IMG/VR virus record: IMGVR_UViG_3300037439_000286
Direction: 5' to 3' (one strand)
DNA: 64,000 bases
Source: an uncultured virus (IMG/VR IMGVR_UViG_3300037439_000286)
Lineage: Duplodnaviria > Heunggongvirae > Uroviricota > Caudoviricetes
Positions 55,467 through 64,000 of the stretch are shown here, piece after piece. The number at the start of each line of letters is the position of its first letter. Positions within the stretch are counted from its first letter, which is position 1. Made by a program: the position numbers and the translations under genes. Under the pieces are notes generated by a model. The model did no database searches, was not told where the DNA came from, and saw only the letters and a list, made by a program, of their open reading frames with translations.

Positions 55467-58228
55467 CGATCGTCGTCCCGCCGTCCGGCCCGCAACCCTC
55501 GCCATGGATGGTCCTCGGCGAACGCCCCGGGGTCGTGGAGGCCCGCACCGGCTACCCGTTCTCCGGCCCCTCGGGCGAGGAACACCGCCGTTACCTCCAC
55601 CTCTTCGGGCTCGACCCGCGGGCCTTCCGCCTGGACAACTGCGCACGGGACTATGTCGAAGGCAACGACGACCCGACGCCCGCTGACCTGGCTCGCTGGA
55701 CTCCTCACATCGAGTCCGAGATCCGCGCGACTGGCCCGCGCTGCATCCTGGCGGCCGGCGGATACGCGACCCGGTGGCTCCTCGGACCCTGTGACCTCGA
55801 AGCCGTGACCGGGTTCCCGCATCCCGGCGGCGCGTTCGACCCGTCCATCGCCCATCGGGCCTGCGGCGCCATCGTCGTGCCGATATTCCACCCGGCACGC
55901 GGGCTCCATGACGATGGGTTCCGGCCTCTGGTGTCCAGTCGCTATGAGATGGCGGCCGAGGTCGTGAAGCGGGTCGCGAAGGGACTTCCGGTCCAGTTCC
56001 CGCGGGATGGGTATGTCGGCCGCGAGAAGTACCGGGATGTGAGCGGCGGCGAGTTGGCCTCCATCCTCCGGCAGGCCCGGCCCGACGTCCTCGGCCTGGA
56101 CACGGAAGGACACCCATGGTCCGTGCAGATTTCGCTCGAACCAGGCACAGGATACATGGTGCGGTGCTCCCGGGATGACTTCCAGCTCGCGATCCAGGCG
56201 CTCCAGGAGCTGGTGGACGGCGGGTGCCTGTTCTGCGTCCATCAAGCGAGCGGCCCCGACTACTCCTTCCACGACATGGTCGTCTGCCGGGCGATGGGCC
56301 TGGAGCTGCGGTACGCGCGCCTGTTCGACACGATGTATGCGGCCTATCTGCGGCGAACCGAGCCCCAGGGGTTGAAGGCCCTCAGCTACCGGAAGGCCGG
56401 CATGCGGATGACCGACTACGAGTCCCTTCTCGGCGGGATCGGCCGCGACCGGCAGATCGAGTACCTGGTCGGGGTGATGGGGAGGAAGTGGCCGCGGCCC
56501 GATCCGACCATGGTTCGCGACGGCGACGGGGAGTACCGGCTCTACTCGCCGGAAGCCCCGCATCAGGCCGCCAAGCGCATCCTCATGGACGTGTGGAACG
56601 GGAAGGTGAACAAGGAGGGAGAGCCGACCGATCCATACAAGCGCTGGAAGAACCTGGATAGGTCGGTGCGCGCGATGGTCGAGGCCGAGGACGGGCGGAT
56701 GCCGGCTGCCACTCTCGATGACGTATTGCCGGATGCCGCGACTCACTATGGCTGCAGCGACTCAGACGGGACTCTGCGCGACTATTATGCCCTCGCTCCT
56801 GAACTTGAGCGGCACGGCCTCGCTCCGCTCATGGACCATGGGATGTCGGTCATGGGGTTCTTCGAGGAGATGCAGGAGCGCGGGATGCCGGGGTCGTACG
56901 CGCGGTTCCTCGCCCTGCGCGAGCGGCTGATTGGAGAACTAGACAGCCTGCAGTGGGCTCTGCGGAACAAGTACTTCGGCGGCCGGCCCTACAACCCCAA
57001 CTCGCCGATCGACGTGCCGGTGCTGATGGCGGAGCGGGGCCTGCTTACCGGCCGGGTGAAGAGATCGAGGAAGTCGGGTCGCGTGTCGACCAGCAAGAAG
57101 CACATCGGGCACCTGAAGTTCGTGGACGAGGCGATGTACGACACGTTCCAGTACCGGGAGAGGCACAAGCTCGTCGGGACGTTCGTCGGGCCGATCATCG
57201 AAGGGATGGAACGGCGGGGGGCGGGATCGGTTGGCACGGCCGGCACGACCACGGACGATGTATGCCCGGTGGGTGTCGACCGCGATGATGCATATCCGGT
57301 ACTCCCGGTCCGCACCAACATGAAAATCACGAGAGTCGCGACCCGTCGGCCCGCGTCCTCTAAGTCCAAGAGCGGCGGCGAGGAGGTCAACCTGCTGAAC
57401 ATCCCCAAGCGGACCAAACATGGCAAAGCGGTCCGTGCCTGCTACGTCGCGCCACCCGGACATGTGTTCGTCCGGGCCGACTGGAGCCAGTGCCAGATGC
57501 GCATCATGGCGGACGAGTGCGGCGACCCGCTATTGATCAAGCTATATCAGGAAAACCGGGACGTGTATGTGGAGACGGCCGCGCGGGCCGAATCAAAGTC
57601 CCGGGGTGTGGAGGTCCCGACGTCCGCGATCACCGACGACACGCGCCAGGCGTTCAAGACGGCCTGCCTCGGGACCATATTCGGGCTCCAGGCGCTGGGC
57701 CTGCGCGATCAATTGTGGGGCATGGGCGAGCAGTACCGCGCATGGTCAGAGGACGACTGCCAGGGCCTGCTCGACTCGATCCTCGTCACCTATCCAGGGA
57801 TTCCCAGGTACTTCGATGCGGTGGCCCGGGAGTTGAGGGGGTCGAGAGGCCAGCCGAACCCGCACGGGGAGATCCGTAGCCGCTGGGGGATGCCGCGCTA
57901 CCTCCCCGGGATACATTCGCTCGATCGGAAGGTATCGGCCGCGTCGATTCGGGAAGCCGTGAATCACAAGGTCCAGGACGGCGAGTCCGGCATGATGTAT
58001 AACGTAATCGAATGGCTCAGGCCGGTGGTGCGGAGCTGGCAGGATGTGGGGGTGGAGGTCGTGCCGCGGCTCGAAATCTACGACTCGCTCGATTTCACCG
58101 TGCCCGAGTGGTTCGCAGACACCTGGAAGGAGATCCTGCTGGACGCGATGCTCAATCATACGGGGGTCGAGCTGGCCGTGCCGATCAAGGCGGACGTGTC
58201 GAGCGCGGTCAACTGGGCAGATCTGTAG
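55463..58228 (+). CDS. polA: Family A DNA polymerase with N-terminal uracil-DNA glycosylase (family 4-like) and 3'-5' exonuclease
   Basis: GERPG..E...G.PF.G.SG, HPA; DTE, YGCSD; NLLNIP, ADWSQ, K...LG..FG, YDS. Confidence 0.93.
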   Translation: MTIVVPPSGPQPSPWMVLGERPGVVEARTGYPFSGPSGEEHRRYLHLFGLDPRAFRLDNCARDYVEGNDDPTPADLARWTPHIESEIRATGPRCILAAGGYATRWLLGPCDLEAVTGFPHPGGAFDPSIAHRACGAIVVPIFHPARGLHDDGFRPLVSSRYEMAAEVVKRVAKGLPVQFPRDGYVGREKYRDVSGGELASILRQARPDVLGLDTEGHPWSVQISLEPGTGYMVRCSRDDFQLAIQALQELVDGGCLFCVHQASGPDYSFHDMVVCRAMGLELRYARLFDTMYAAYLRRTEPQGLKALSYRKAGMRMTDYESLLGGIGRDRQIEYLVGVMGRKWPRPDPTMVRDGDGEYRLYSPEAPHQAAKRILMDVWNGKVNKEGEPTDPYKRWKNLDRSVRAMVEAEDGRMPAATLDDVLPDAATHYGCSDSDGTLRDYYALAPELERHGLAPLMDHGMSVMGFFEEMQERGMPGSYARFLALRERLIGELDSLQWALRNKYFGGRPYNPNSPIDVPVLMAERGLLTGRVKRSRKSGRVSTSKKHIGHLKFVDEAMYDTFQYRERHKLVGTFVGPIIEGMERRGAGSVGTAGTTTDDVCPVGVDRDDAYPVLPVRTNMKITRVATRRPASSKSKSGGEEVNLLNIPKRTKHGKAVRACYVAPPGHVFVRADWSQCQMRIMADECGDPLLIKLYQENRDVYVETAARAESKSRGVEVPTSAITDDTRQAFKTACLGTIFGLQALGLRDQLWGMGEQYRAWSEDDCQGLLDSILVTYPGIPRYFDAVARELRGSRGQPNPHGEIRSRWGMPRYLPGIHSLDRKVSAASIREAVNHKVQDGESGMMYNVIEWLRPVVRSWQDVGVEVVPRLEIYDSLDFTVPEWFADTWKEILLDAMLNHTGVELAVPIKADVSSAVNWADL

Positions 58229-58258
58229 AGATGGAGAAGAGAAGGTAAGGAGACATCG

Positions 58259-58531
58259 ATGGGCGAGATATATTCATCATATTGCGAGTTCCGGTTCGAG
58301 AGATACTGGATGCCAGGACACACGCACTTGCAAGTCAGCTACATCGACCTGTCGAACGTGCCTACCGTCGGCTTGGAGTACGTTCGAGCCCTCATGCACA
58401 TACATCGCGCGATCGATCCGCATCACGGCCTGAGAATGATGTTCGGCAAGTCTCTGTGCCCGGCGCGAGTCATCCTGGTGCCGCTCGGCGGCGGCCTGCT
58501 CGCGCTTCTCGCGGTCGATCGATGGGACTGA
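58259..58531 (+). CDS. Hypothetical protein
   Basis: RBS TAAGGAG. Confidence 0.5.
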   Translation: MGEIYSSYCEFRFERYWMPGHTHLQVSYIDLSNVPTVGLEYVRALMHIHRAIDPHHGLRMMFGKSLCPARVILVPLGGGLLALLAVDRWD

Positions 58532-58563
58532 GCCGCGACGGGCTCCGCAGTCCCACGATTCAC

Positions 58564-58593
58564 TTGACAGCACGCGCCGCAGCATGAGACAAT
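58564..58593 (+). promoter_or_regulatory. Promoter with AGCA-N8-AGCA box (leaderless)
   Basis: TTGACA-18-GACAAT-6-ATG; box at 58569-58584. Confidence 0.75.
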
Positions 58594-58599
58594 CCAATC

Positions 58600-59424
58600 A
58601 TGGAAGATAAAGACGAGCTGACCATCCGCGAGCTGGAAGTAGAGGCCGAGCGGCTCAAGGCCGGCGTCGCGAGCCTGGAGGCCGAGAACCGCCGCCTGCG
58701 AGAAGACCGTGACGTGACTCTCCGGGTGCTGGGCCAGGCGCGCAATCGATCGCAGCGGATTGCCCGCCTGGAACTCGAAGTCGAGTCTGAGCGACGGGCG
58801 CAGGCTGACATCAGCGAGTCCTGCGGGCGGATGAAGGACAGATACGAGAAGAGGATTGAGGGGCTGCAGGGGTGGAATCGGCAGGCAGCCGATCTTCTCG
58901 GTCGGCAGGAGTCCGAGATCCGCGCGCTCTCGACGCGCCTCCAGGAGGTCGGGGATATCGTCGGTTCGGACGCCTCGATCGGTCGTGAGCTGCGGGCCAT
59001 CCTCTACTGGCCGTCGGAAAGCCCGAAGGACGCCCTGCTTCGGATCATCCGCGAGCGAGACGAGTACATGAACGAGCTACATCTTGCCGGCTTCACGGCC
59101 GAGCCACGGAAGATCGCCCTCCTCGTGCAGGACATCGAGACCTTGCGCCGCGAGAAGCTTCGGCTGGAGCGGGATCGGAACGCCTGGAAGGCCAGCGCCG
59201 AGTTCAATGCCCTGCTCAACGCGGCTCGCGACGACCCTCGTACGGAGAAGCTGCTGGACCTGCTGGACGACGAGAAGCCGCCGTCGAGCCTGGCCGAGCA
59301 CCTGCTGCGGGGCACCGGTTTCAGGATGTCCATGCACTATTGGCGACTGATCTCTCGCTCGGCCTGGCGCTGGCTCCGCGACCAGGTGAAGGCCGACGAC
59401 TCGACCGCCGAGGCCGGCCGATGA
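58600..59424 (+). CDS. Coiled-coil protein
   Basis: Heptad-rich 274 aa. Confidence 0.7.
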   Translation: MEDKDELTIRELEVEAERLKAGVASLEAENRRLREDRDVTLRVLGQARNRSQRIARLELEVESERRAQADISESCGRMKDRYEKRIEGLQGWNRQAADLLGRQESEIRALSTRLQEVGDIVGSDASIGRELRAILYWPSESPKDALLRIIRERDEYMNELHLAGFTAEPRKIALLVQDIETLRREKLRLERDRNAWKASAEFNALLNAARDDPRTEKLLDLLDDEKPPSSLAEHLLRGTGFRMSMHYWRLISRSAWRWLRDQVKADDSTAEAGR

Positions 59425-59924
59425 TCACCGACCGCACCGGCTCGATCTTCGACTCGCACGCCGACGCCCTGGTCGTGCCGGTCAACTGCGTCGGGGTCGC
59501 GGGCAAGGGGCTGGCGCTGGAGTTCAAGCGGCGATGGCCCGAGTGGTTCCGGGCGTATCGTGCGGCTTGCGAGACAAGGGACCCGGGGCGGCTGATCGCT
59601 GGTCGGGTCTTCGCGTACTTTGTGCCGAGCGGCGGCCCATGGATCATCGCCCTGCCGACCAAGGATCATTGGCGCCGCCCACCCGACCTCGGCCTGATCA
59701 ATCTCGGGCTAAACAGCCTGCGGCGGTGGCTGATCGCGAACCCGCAGGTCGAGACGATCGCGGTGCCGGCGCTCGGGTGCGGGCTCGGCGGGCTCGAATG
59801 GACCCGCGTGAAGCCGCTGATCGAGAATTGGCTTGACCTGGGCTCTCCAGGCTCTGGCGTGAGGGTTCTGCTCTATGAGCCGCAGGAGTCCCCGCAAGAT
59901 AATCCGCAGGTGCCTGCCCCATGA
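59421..59924 (+). CDS. Macrodomain ADP-ribosylhydrolase (DarG/Poa1-like)
   Basis: GSIF..ADALV.PVNCVGVAGKGLA.EFK, LPTKDHWR, IAVPALGCGLGGLEW. Confidence 0.9.
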   Translation: MITDRTGSIFDSHADALVVPVNCVGVAGKGLALEFKRRWPEWFRAYRAACETRDPGRLIAGRVFAYFVPSGGPWIIALPTKDHWRRPPDLGLINLGLNSLRRWLIANPQVETIAVPALGCGLGGLEWTRVKPLIENWLDLGSPGSGVRVLLYEPQESPQDNPQVPAP

Positions 59925-60143
59925 GCATCACCGGCGGCGTGCGTCCGGCCAACCTGCCGAGCGACGACCTGCCGCGGGTGGACAAGGAGAGCGTGCGGGA
60001 GATCGGGCGGATACGGTTGCGGTTCACAACCCAAGTGCCCCGCCCCGGGAACCGGGACGAGGCCCCCAGTGTGAGACGCGGCGGGCGAGTGCCGCCGAGC
60101 CGAAGGGACGAATGAGCGAGATTGGCGAGCGAGAGGAGCATTG

Positions 60144-60620
60144 ATGCCCACGAAGAAGAAGGCCGATCCACCGACCCTGCTCGACGAGGATGGAGTCCCG
60201 GACGATGGGACTCGCGTCCTCCTCCAGATCCTCCAGATCCTCGGGGACGAGGCGGCGCGATTGTCGGCCGAGATCGCGGATCTACAGGCCCAGCAGAAGG
60301 CCGCGACCGCCGAACATGGAGCCGTGGCTGCCGCCGCCGGGATCGCGCGGCTCAAGGCGTCCGACGGATCGTGGTCGGCCGGCATGCAGCCGTGGCGAAA
60401 CGAGACGATACGGGCCGAGCGGCTGCTGCGGGACGGGTGGGAGGTTGCGTGTCCGCATTGTGCCGGCGCACTGACCATCACGACCCCGATGCACGTGATC
60501 GAGGCGGCGACTGATAGGCAGGCCGGCGAGACGTGGGTGGTGCGGAGGAAGCCCAAGAAGAAGGAGAAAGGGAAAGAGAAGGGAAAGTCGCCAACCGATG
60601 GAGAGGAGAGTGGATCGTGA
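60144..60620 (+). CDS. Hypothetical protein with CxxC
   Basis: RBS GAGGAG; CPHC. Confidence 0.6.
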   Translation: MPTKKKADPPTLLDEDGVPDDGTRVLLQILQILGDEAARLSAEIADLQAQQKAATAEHGAVAAAAGIARLKASDGSWSAGMQPWRNETIRAERLLRDGWEVACPHCAGALTITTPMHVIEAATDRQAGETWVVRRKPKKKEKGKEKGKSPTDGEESGS

Positions 60621-60994
60621 GCAGCGACCGCGTACGAATCAAGGACGGCTGTGCCGGTGCCGGGCAAACCGGCCGTGCACTCGGCCCTCAAATTTTTGAG
60701 GGGCAGTGGTGGACGCCGGTCCTGTGGGACAAGGGCGGGGACCCGGATTGGCACAAGACATCGGGGCTGGAGGAATCGCCCGCGCCCGGCCTCAAGCCCT
60801 GCCCGTTCTGTGGGGGCAATGATGTTGTGCTCGTGCCGGTCCTGGATGCGCAGGGCGAGGAAGTACCAGACGCCTATGGGGTGTCGTGTCCTGGCTGCCA
60901 GTTCGACTTCGCGATCGGCGACTCTACGGCCGAGGAAATCGCAGCGGCGTGGAACCGGCGGTCCCAGGGAGACGATAGGAAGGAGGGCCGCTGA
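60617..60994 (+). CDS. Lar-like (restriction alleviation family) Zn-ribbon protein
   Basis: LKPCPFCGG...VSCPGC...AAAWNRR. Confidence 0.75.
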   Translation: MSSDRVRIKDGCAGAGQTGRALGPQIFEGQWWTPVLWDKGGDPDWHKTSGLEESPAPGLKPCPFCGGNDVVLVPVLDAQGEEVPDAYGVSCPGCQFDFAIGDSTAEEIAAAWNRRSQGDDRKEGR

Positions 60995-61597
60995 ATGCGC
61001 ACGCCGTTGGAGATCTTCGAGGAAGTGCTGGGCGCCTGGGGCGGCCTTGCTAGAGCCGCCATTGAGATCGGCGGTGCCCCCCGTGAGGCGAGGGCCAGGG
61101 CACATCAGGAATCGGTCGCCGCTGTCCGGGAGGAGTTCCAGGAGGCGATGGGACCCGGAGGCACTGTACACGGGCACATCGAGACCTTCGATAGGCCATC
61201 ATTTCTATCGTTCGATGATGATGCTCCCGCCGAGCTCACGGCGAGCGCTGACGAGGCGTTCCGCGGCGTGACGGACGCCGGCACGACCTACGACTCGATC
61301 GAGCCCGCCGGTTCCGTGGTCAAGCCGCCGCGGGTCGGGCCGGGAGACCACCTGCTACGACCCGCTGCCGACGACGAGCTGGTCTGCGCGGTCTGTGGAA
61401 GGCCGCATGTTTTGCATGGCATCAACTGCCCGATGCTGTCCGTCCCCGAGCAGGCCGAGTTGACGATCGTCAGCCAGGCCGAGAGCCTGCTCCAGGAGAG
61501 TCGGCATCGGATCGAGCCATTCGATGACGAGGAGTTCCGCCGGCGCCGCGACGAGAGCGCCGAGCGCTACACTCGGCCGGACGGGAGTTCCCGATGA
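60995..61597 (+). CDS. Hypothetical protein
   Basis: RBS AAGGAGGG; CAVCG...H...C. Confidence 0.6.
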   Translation: MRTPLEIFEEVLGAWGGLARAAIEIGGAPREARARAHQESVAAVREEFQEAMGPGGTVHGHIETFDRPSFLSFDDDAPAELTASADEAFRGVTDAGTTYDSIEPAGSVVKPPRVGPGDHLLRPAADDELVCAVCGRPHVLHGINCPMLSVPEQAELTIVSQAESLLQESRHRIEPFDDEEFRRRRDESAERYTRPDGSSR

Positions 61598-62073
61598 ACG
61601 CTGCCCACCTGCGCGACATGGTAGTCCGCCCGACCCTCCAGCACCTCGGCACCTGGTCCCTGGTCGACGAGCAGCTCGTCATGGGGACCGCGGCCCATGA
61701 GAGCGACGGCTTCCGCTACCTGAAGCAGGCCGGCGGCGGGCCAGCTCTCGGCCTATGGCAGATGGAGCCGGCGACCTACGATGATCTGCACGCCAACTAC
61801 CTGGCGTACAAGCGCGACCGGGCCGTCAAGCTGCAAGGTCTGGTCGCCGACTGGCCGGTGGGCGCCGCGGCCCTCCCAACCAACCTGGCGTACGGTGCGG
61901 CGCTGTGTCATCTCCAGTATCTCAGGTACAGAAAGGGGTATGTGCTGCCGATGCCGGGCGACGTGCAGGCAATCGCGGCGGTGTGGAAACAGGTGTGGAA
62001 TACGCACCGCGGCAAAGGGACCGTCGGGAAGTTCGTGGACGACTGGCGGCTGTGGATCGGCGACTTGTACTAG
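61594..62073 (+). CDS. Lysozyme-like/transglycosylase protein, probable endolysin
   Basis: LVMGTAAHES...YLKQ...GPALGLWQMEPATY...WKQVWNT. Confidence 0.7.
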   Translation: MNAAHLRDMVVRPTLQHLGTWSLVDEQLVMGTAAHESDGFRYLKQAGGGPALGLWQMEPATYDDLHANYLAYKRDRAVKLQGLVADWPVGAAALPTNLAYGAALCHLQYLRYRKGYVLPMPGDVQAIAAVWKQVWNTHRGKGTVGKFVDDWRLWIGDLY

Positions 62074-62091
62074 ATCGGAAGGAGCAACGGC

Positions 62092-63018
62092 ATGGCGAAT
62101 CTCCGCGGCAGCATCGGACCCAACGGCTACATCCCGCCGGCCAACGTCACCGTGACTTGGCGCAGACCCGGTGCGCCCGACATCACGAAGAAGCTACGGC
62201 CTTCTGTCCCCTTCACCGGCTCCGGCAACGCGAGTGTCTACAGCCGTTATGGAGAGGACGACCCGGAGTGTGTTGGGCGGCAGATCACCGCCATCGGCTC
62301 GGAGCAGCTCGGCGGGAGGGCCTACCTGATTCTGAGGGAGTTGTACGCGCAGGCCGGCGTTACGGCACCGCTGGCCGCTATAAGCCAGCCCGTGTGGGAT
62401 TTCGCCGTCGCCGAGTGCGGGAACCGCCCGGCCGACTGGTGCGATTACAAGCGCTTCACCGGCAAGCCCGATCCGATCTGCGGGGAGAAGTGCCCTCCCT
62501 GCACCGGCGGCTCAGGAGGACAGGTCGAGCCTGGGCAGGTAGTTGAGACGCCGACGAATCTGCGGCTCGAAGGCAGGTTGCTGTCATGGGAATGGCCGGG
62601 CTCGGGTGTGGTCACGTTCAACGCCTACCTCAAGGAGGGTGAGGCGTTCGTGGCCCTCGGAACGTCCAAGAGTTCGCCGATGGTCTTGAGCCTGCGCCCG
62701 TCCAACGGAACGCAAATCCTCCTCTACGCAGGTCAGCGCAAGAAGCGGTACTCGGAAGCCCATCTCGTGGTCGGGAGCGCCGAGCCGGGGCCGATCGATC
62801 CGCCACCCCCGCCTCCCCCGCCACCCCCGCCGCCTGTCTCGCCGCTCGCCGAGACCCTGGCCCTTCACACCGCGGCCGAGATCTGGGAGGCTCTAAGCGA
62901 GGCGCAGCGAGAGGAGATCCGGGCCAAGTTCCCGCCGACCGCCGCGGTGCCGGAAGGGACCGTTGAATCCCTACGACGGTTGGAGGAATGGCTGCTGTCC
63001 CTGGGGACCGAGCCGTGA
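62092..63018 (+). CDS. Hypothetical protein with Fn3-like segment and poly-Pro linker
   Basis: RBS AAGGAG; PTNLRL...LSWEW; poly-Pro tract. Confidence 0.6.
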   Translation: MANLRGSIGPNGYIPPANVTVTWRRPGAPDITKKLRPSVPFTGSGNASVYSRYGEDDPECVGRQITAIGSEQLGGRAYLILRELYAQAGVTAPLAAISQPVWDFAVAECGNRPADWCDYKRFTGKPDPICGEKCPPCTGGSGGQVEPGQVVETPTNLRLEGRLLSWEWPGSGVVTFNAYLKEGEAFVALGTSKSSPMVLSLRPSNGTQILLYAGQRKKRYSEAHLVVGSAEPGPIDPPPPPPPPPPPPVSPLAETLALHTAAEIWEALSEAQREEIRAKFPPTAAVPEGTVESLRRLEEWLLSLGTEP

Positions 63019-63365
63019 GCACCGGAATCCCCATCACCGACCCGGAAGAGCTGGCGTGGTGCGACTTTGCGCAGCGCCAGGAGAAGACGTGGCGCGCGAT
63101 CGAGCTGACCGAGCAGGGGCTTTCGATCGCCTCTTTCAGGGCCGGGGCGGGCTGGGAGCGCGCCGCCTGCCTGGAGATCGTGCGGGCGGCGGGGTGCGCG
63201 TGCTGGGTCCTGGACCGCGTCGGCCTGTTCGAGGGGACGTTCAGCGGAAACAAGATCCGAACGCGTCCCGGTGGGACCGTGGAGGATCTGCGCTCCATCG
63301 AAGTCCATGACCCCCGCTGCCCCCACGCCCTTGCAAAGCGCATCGAAGCCCGAGAGAGGGGCTGA
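63015..63365 (+). CDS. Hypothetical protein
   Basis: GTGA overlap; ERAAC...IEAR. Confidence 0.55.
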   Translation: MSTGIPITDPEELAWCDFAQRQEKTWRAIELTEQGLSIASFRAGAGWERAACLEIVRAAGCACWVLDRVGLFEGTFSGNKIRTRPGGTVEDLRSIEVHDPRCPHALAKRIEARERG

Positions 63366-63368
63366 GCC

Positions 63369-63581
63369 ATGGACCTGAGACAGCACGCAGAGTTCCTCGT
63401 TGAGCAGCTTCTCCGGGAGGAGCGCGCCCGCATCCGACGGGAGCTTGAGGAAGCCATAGAGGCCGCGTCCTCCGTGGTCCAGCTCTCGGAAGCAGGCGAG
63501 GACTTGGGGGAGCCCGTCGAGATGGTCGAGAAGGAAGACATGCTGGCGGCGCTGGACCGCATCATCCCGGAGGAGCCCTGA
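63369..63581 (+). CDS. Hypothetical protein (R-x-R-x-EL...LDR-x-x-P family)
   Basis: ERARIRREL...LDRIIPEE. Confidence 0.65.
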   Translation: MDLRQHAEFLVEQLLREERARIRRELEEAIEAASSVVQLSEAGEDLGEPVEMVEKEDMLAALDRIIPEEP

Positions 63582-63614
63582 GCCGCCCCGGGGTAGAGAT
63601 CGACCGCCGGCCTT

Positions 63615-64000
63615 CTACAGCCCGCCGCCTGGCCAGCGGCCGCCCTTCTTCTTGCTCGTCGCCTCTCGCGCTTCACGAGCCGGCGGCGCCTGGGGAACCT
63701 GGGCCTCCTTCGCCACCTGCGGCTCCCGCGGATGCTCCTGCGGCGGATGCTCCTGGGCCGGCACCGGCACCTCCTGCGGCGACACTTCCAGCCCTTCCCG
63801 CTTCAGCCACTCCTTCTCGTCGACCGCGGCCCGCTCCGCATCATGCCGCCGCTCGACAGCCGCGTCCCTGCTAGCCTGCGTTCCGGTCGTTTCGGCCTCC
63901 GCCTGGGCCGCGTCCTGGGCCGCCTGGGCCTCTCGCGCCTCCCGAGCCTCCCGCTCCGCCTTCTCTGCCCGCTCGGCCTGCGCCACTCGCGCCGTCTCAG
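63615..64000 (-). CDS. Partial low-complexity A/E/Q/R-rich protein (5' end beyond window)
   Basis: Frame stays open to the right edge; converges with the plus-strand block. Confidence 0.6.
   Translation of the reverse strand, partial: ETARVAQAERAEKAEREAREAREAQAAQDAAQAEAETTGTQASRDAAVERRHDAERAAVDEKEWLKREGLEVSPQEVPVPAQEHPPQEHPREPQVAKEAQVPQAPPAREAREATSKKKGGRWPGGGL

Noticed and set aside
55463..58228. Intein or intron in PolA
   Set aside because: The ~100-aa insertion in the exonuclease domain lacks intein C/S...HN termini and the frame is continuous

Overview
The window is part of a high-GC tailed dsDNA phage or prophage genome. It looks podovirus-like because no tape-measure or sheath gene is visible. 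Positions 1-26.1 kb are mainly minus strand. They hold a virion module (probable ejection protein, nozzle, two adaptors, tailspike, fibre, decoration protein, major capsid, scaffold, portal, TerL, TerS), interrupted by a plus-strand Thg1-like cassette. Upstream of TerS lie an adenylation-C-subdomain/SSB fusion, a tandem GroES, an HslV-like protease and small regulators. A control region at 25-26.5 kb precedes a plus-strand block of small early-type ORFs (26.5-33.5 kb) and an iteron-like region (33.7 kb). A complete 4,574-bp IS1-family cargo transposon (34923-39496) has perfect 19-bp TIRs and an 8-bp target duplication. The plus-strand block at 39.6-63.6 kb encodes a VWA protein, DinG-like helicase, PD-(D/E)XK nuclease, AAA ATPases, ERCC4-like nuclease, UDG-fused PolA with atypical active-site residues, DarG-like macrodomain, Lar-like protein and a lysozyme-like protein. 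Notable unexplained structure includes a 16-bp AGCA-N8-AGCA box in the spacer of six promoters, many leaderless genes, several structured non-coding segments, and dispersed 9-nt-period micro-repeats. No integrase, tRNA, rRNA, CRISPR array or reverse transcriptase was seen. All protein calls come from motif recognition by eye, not database searches.
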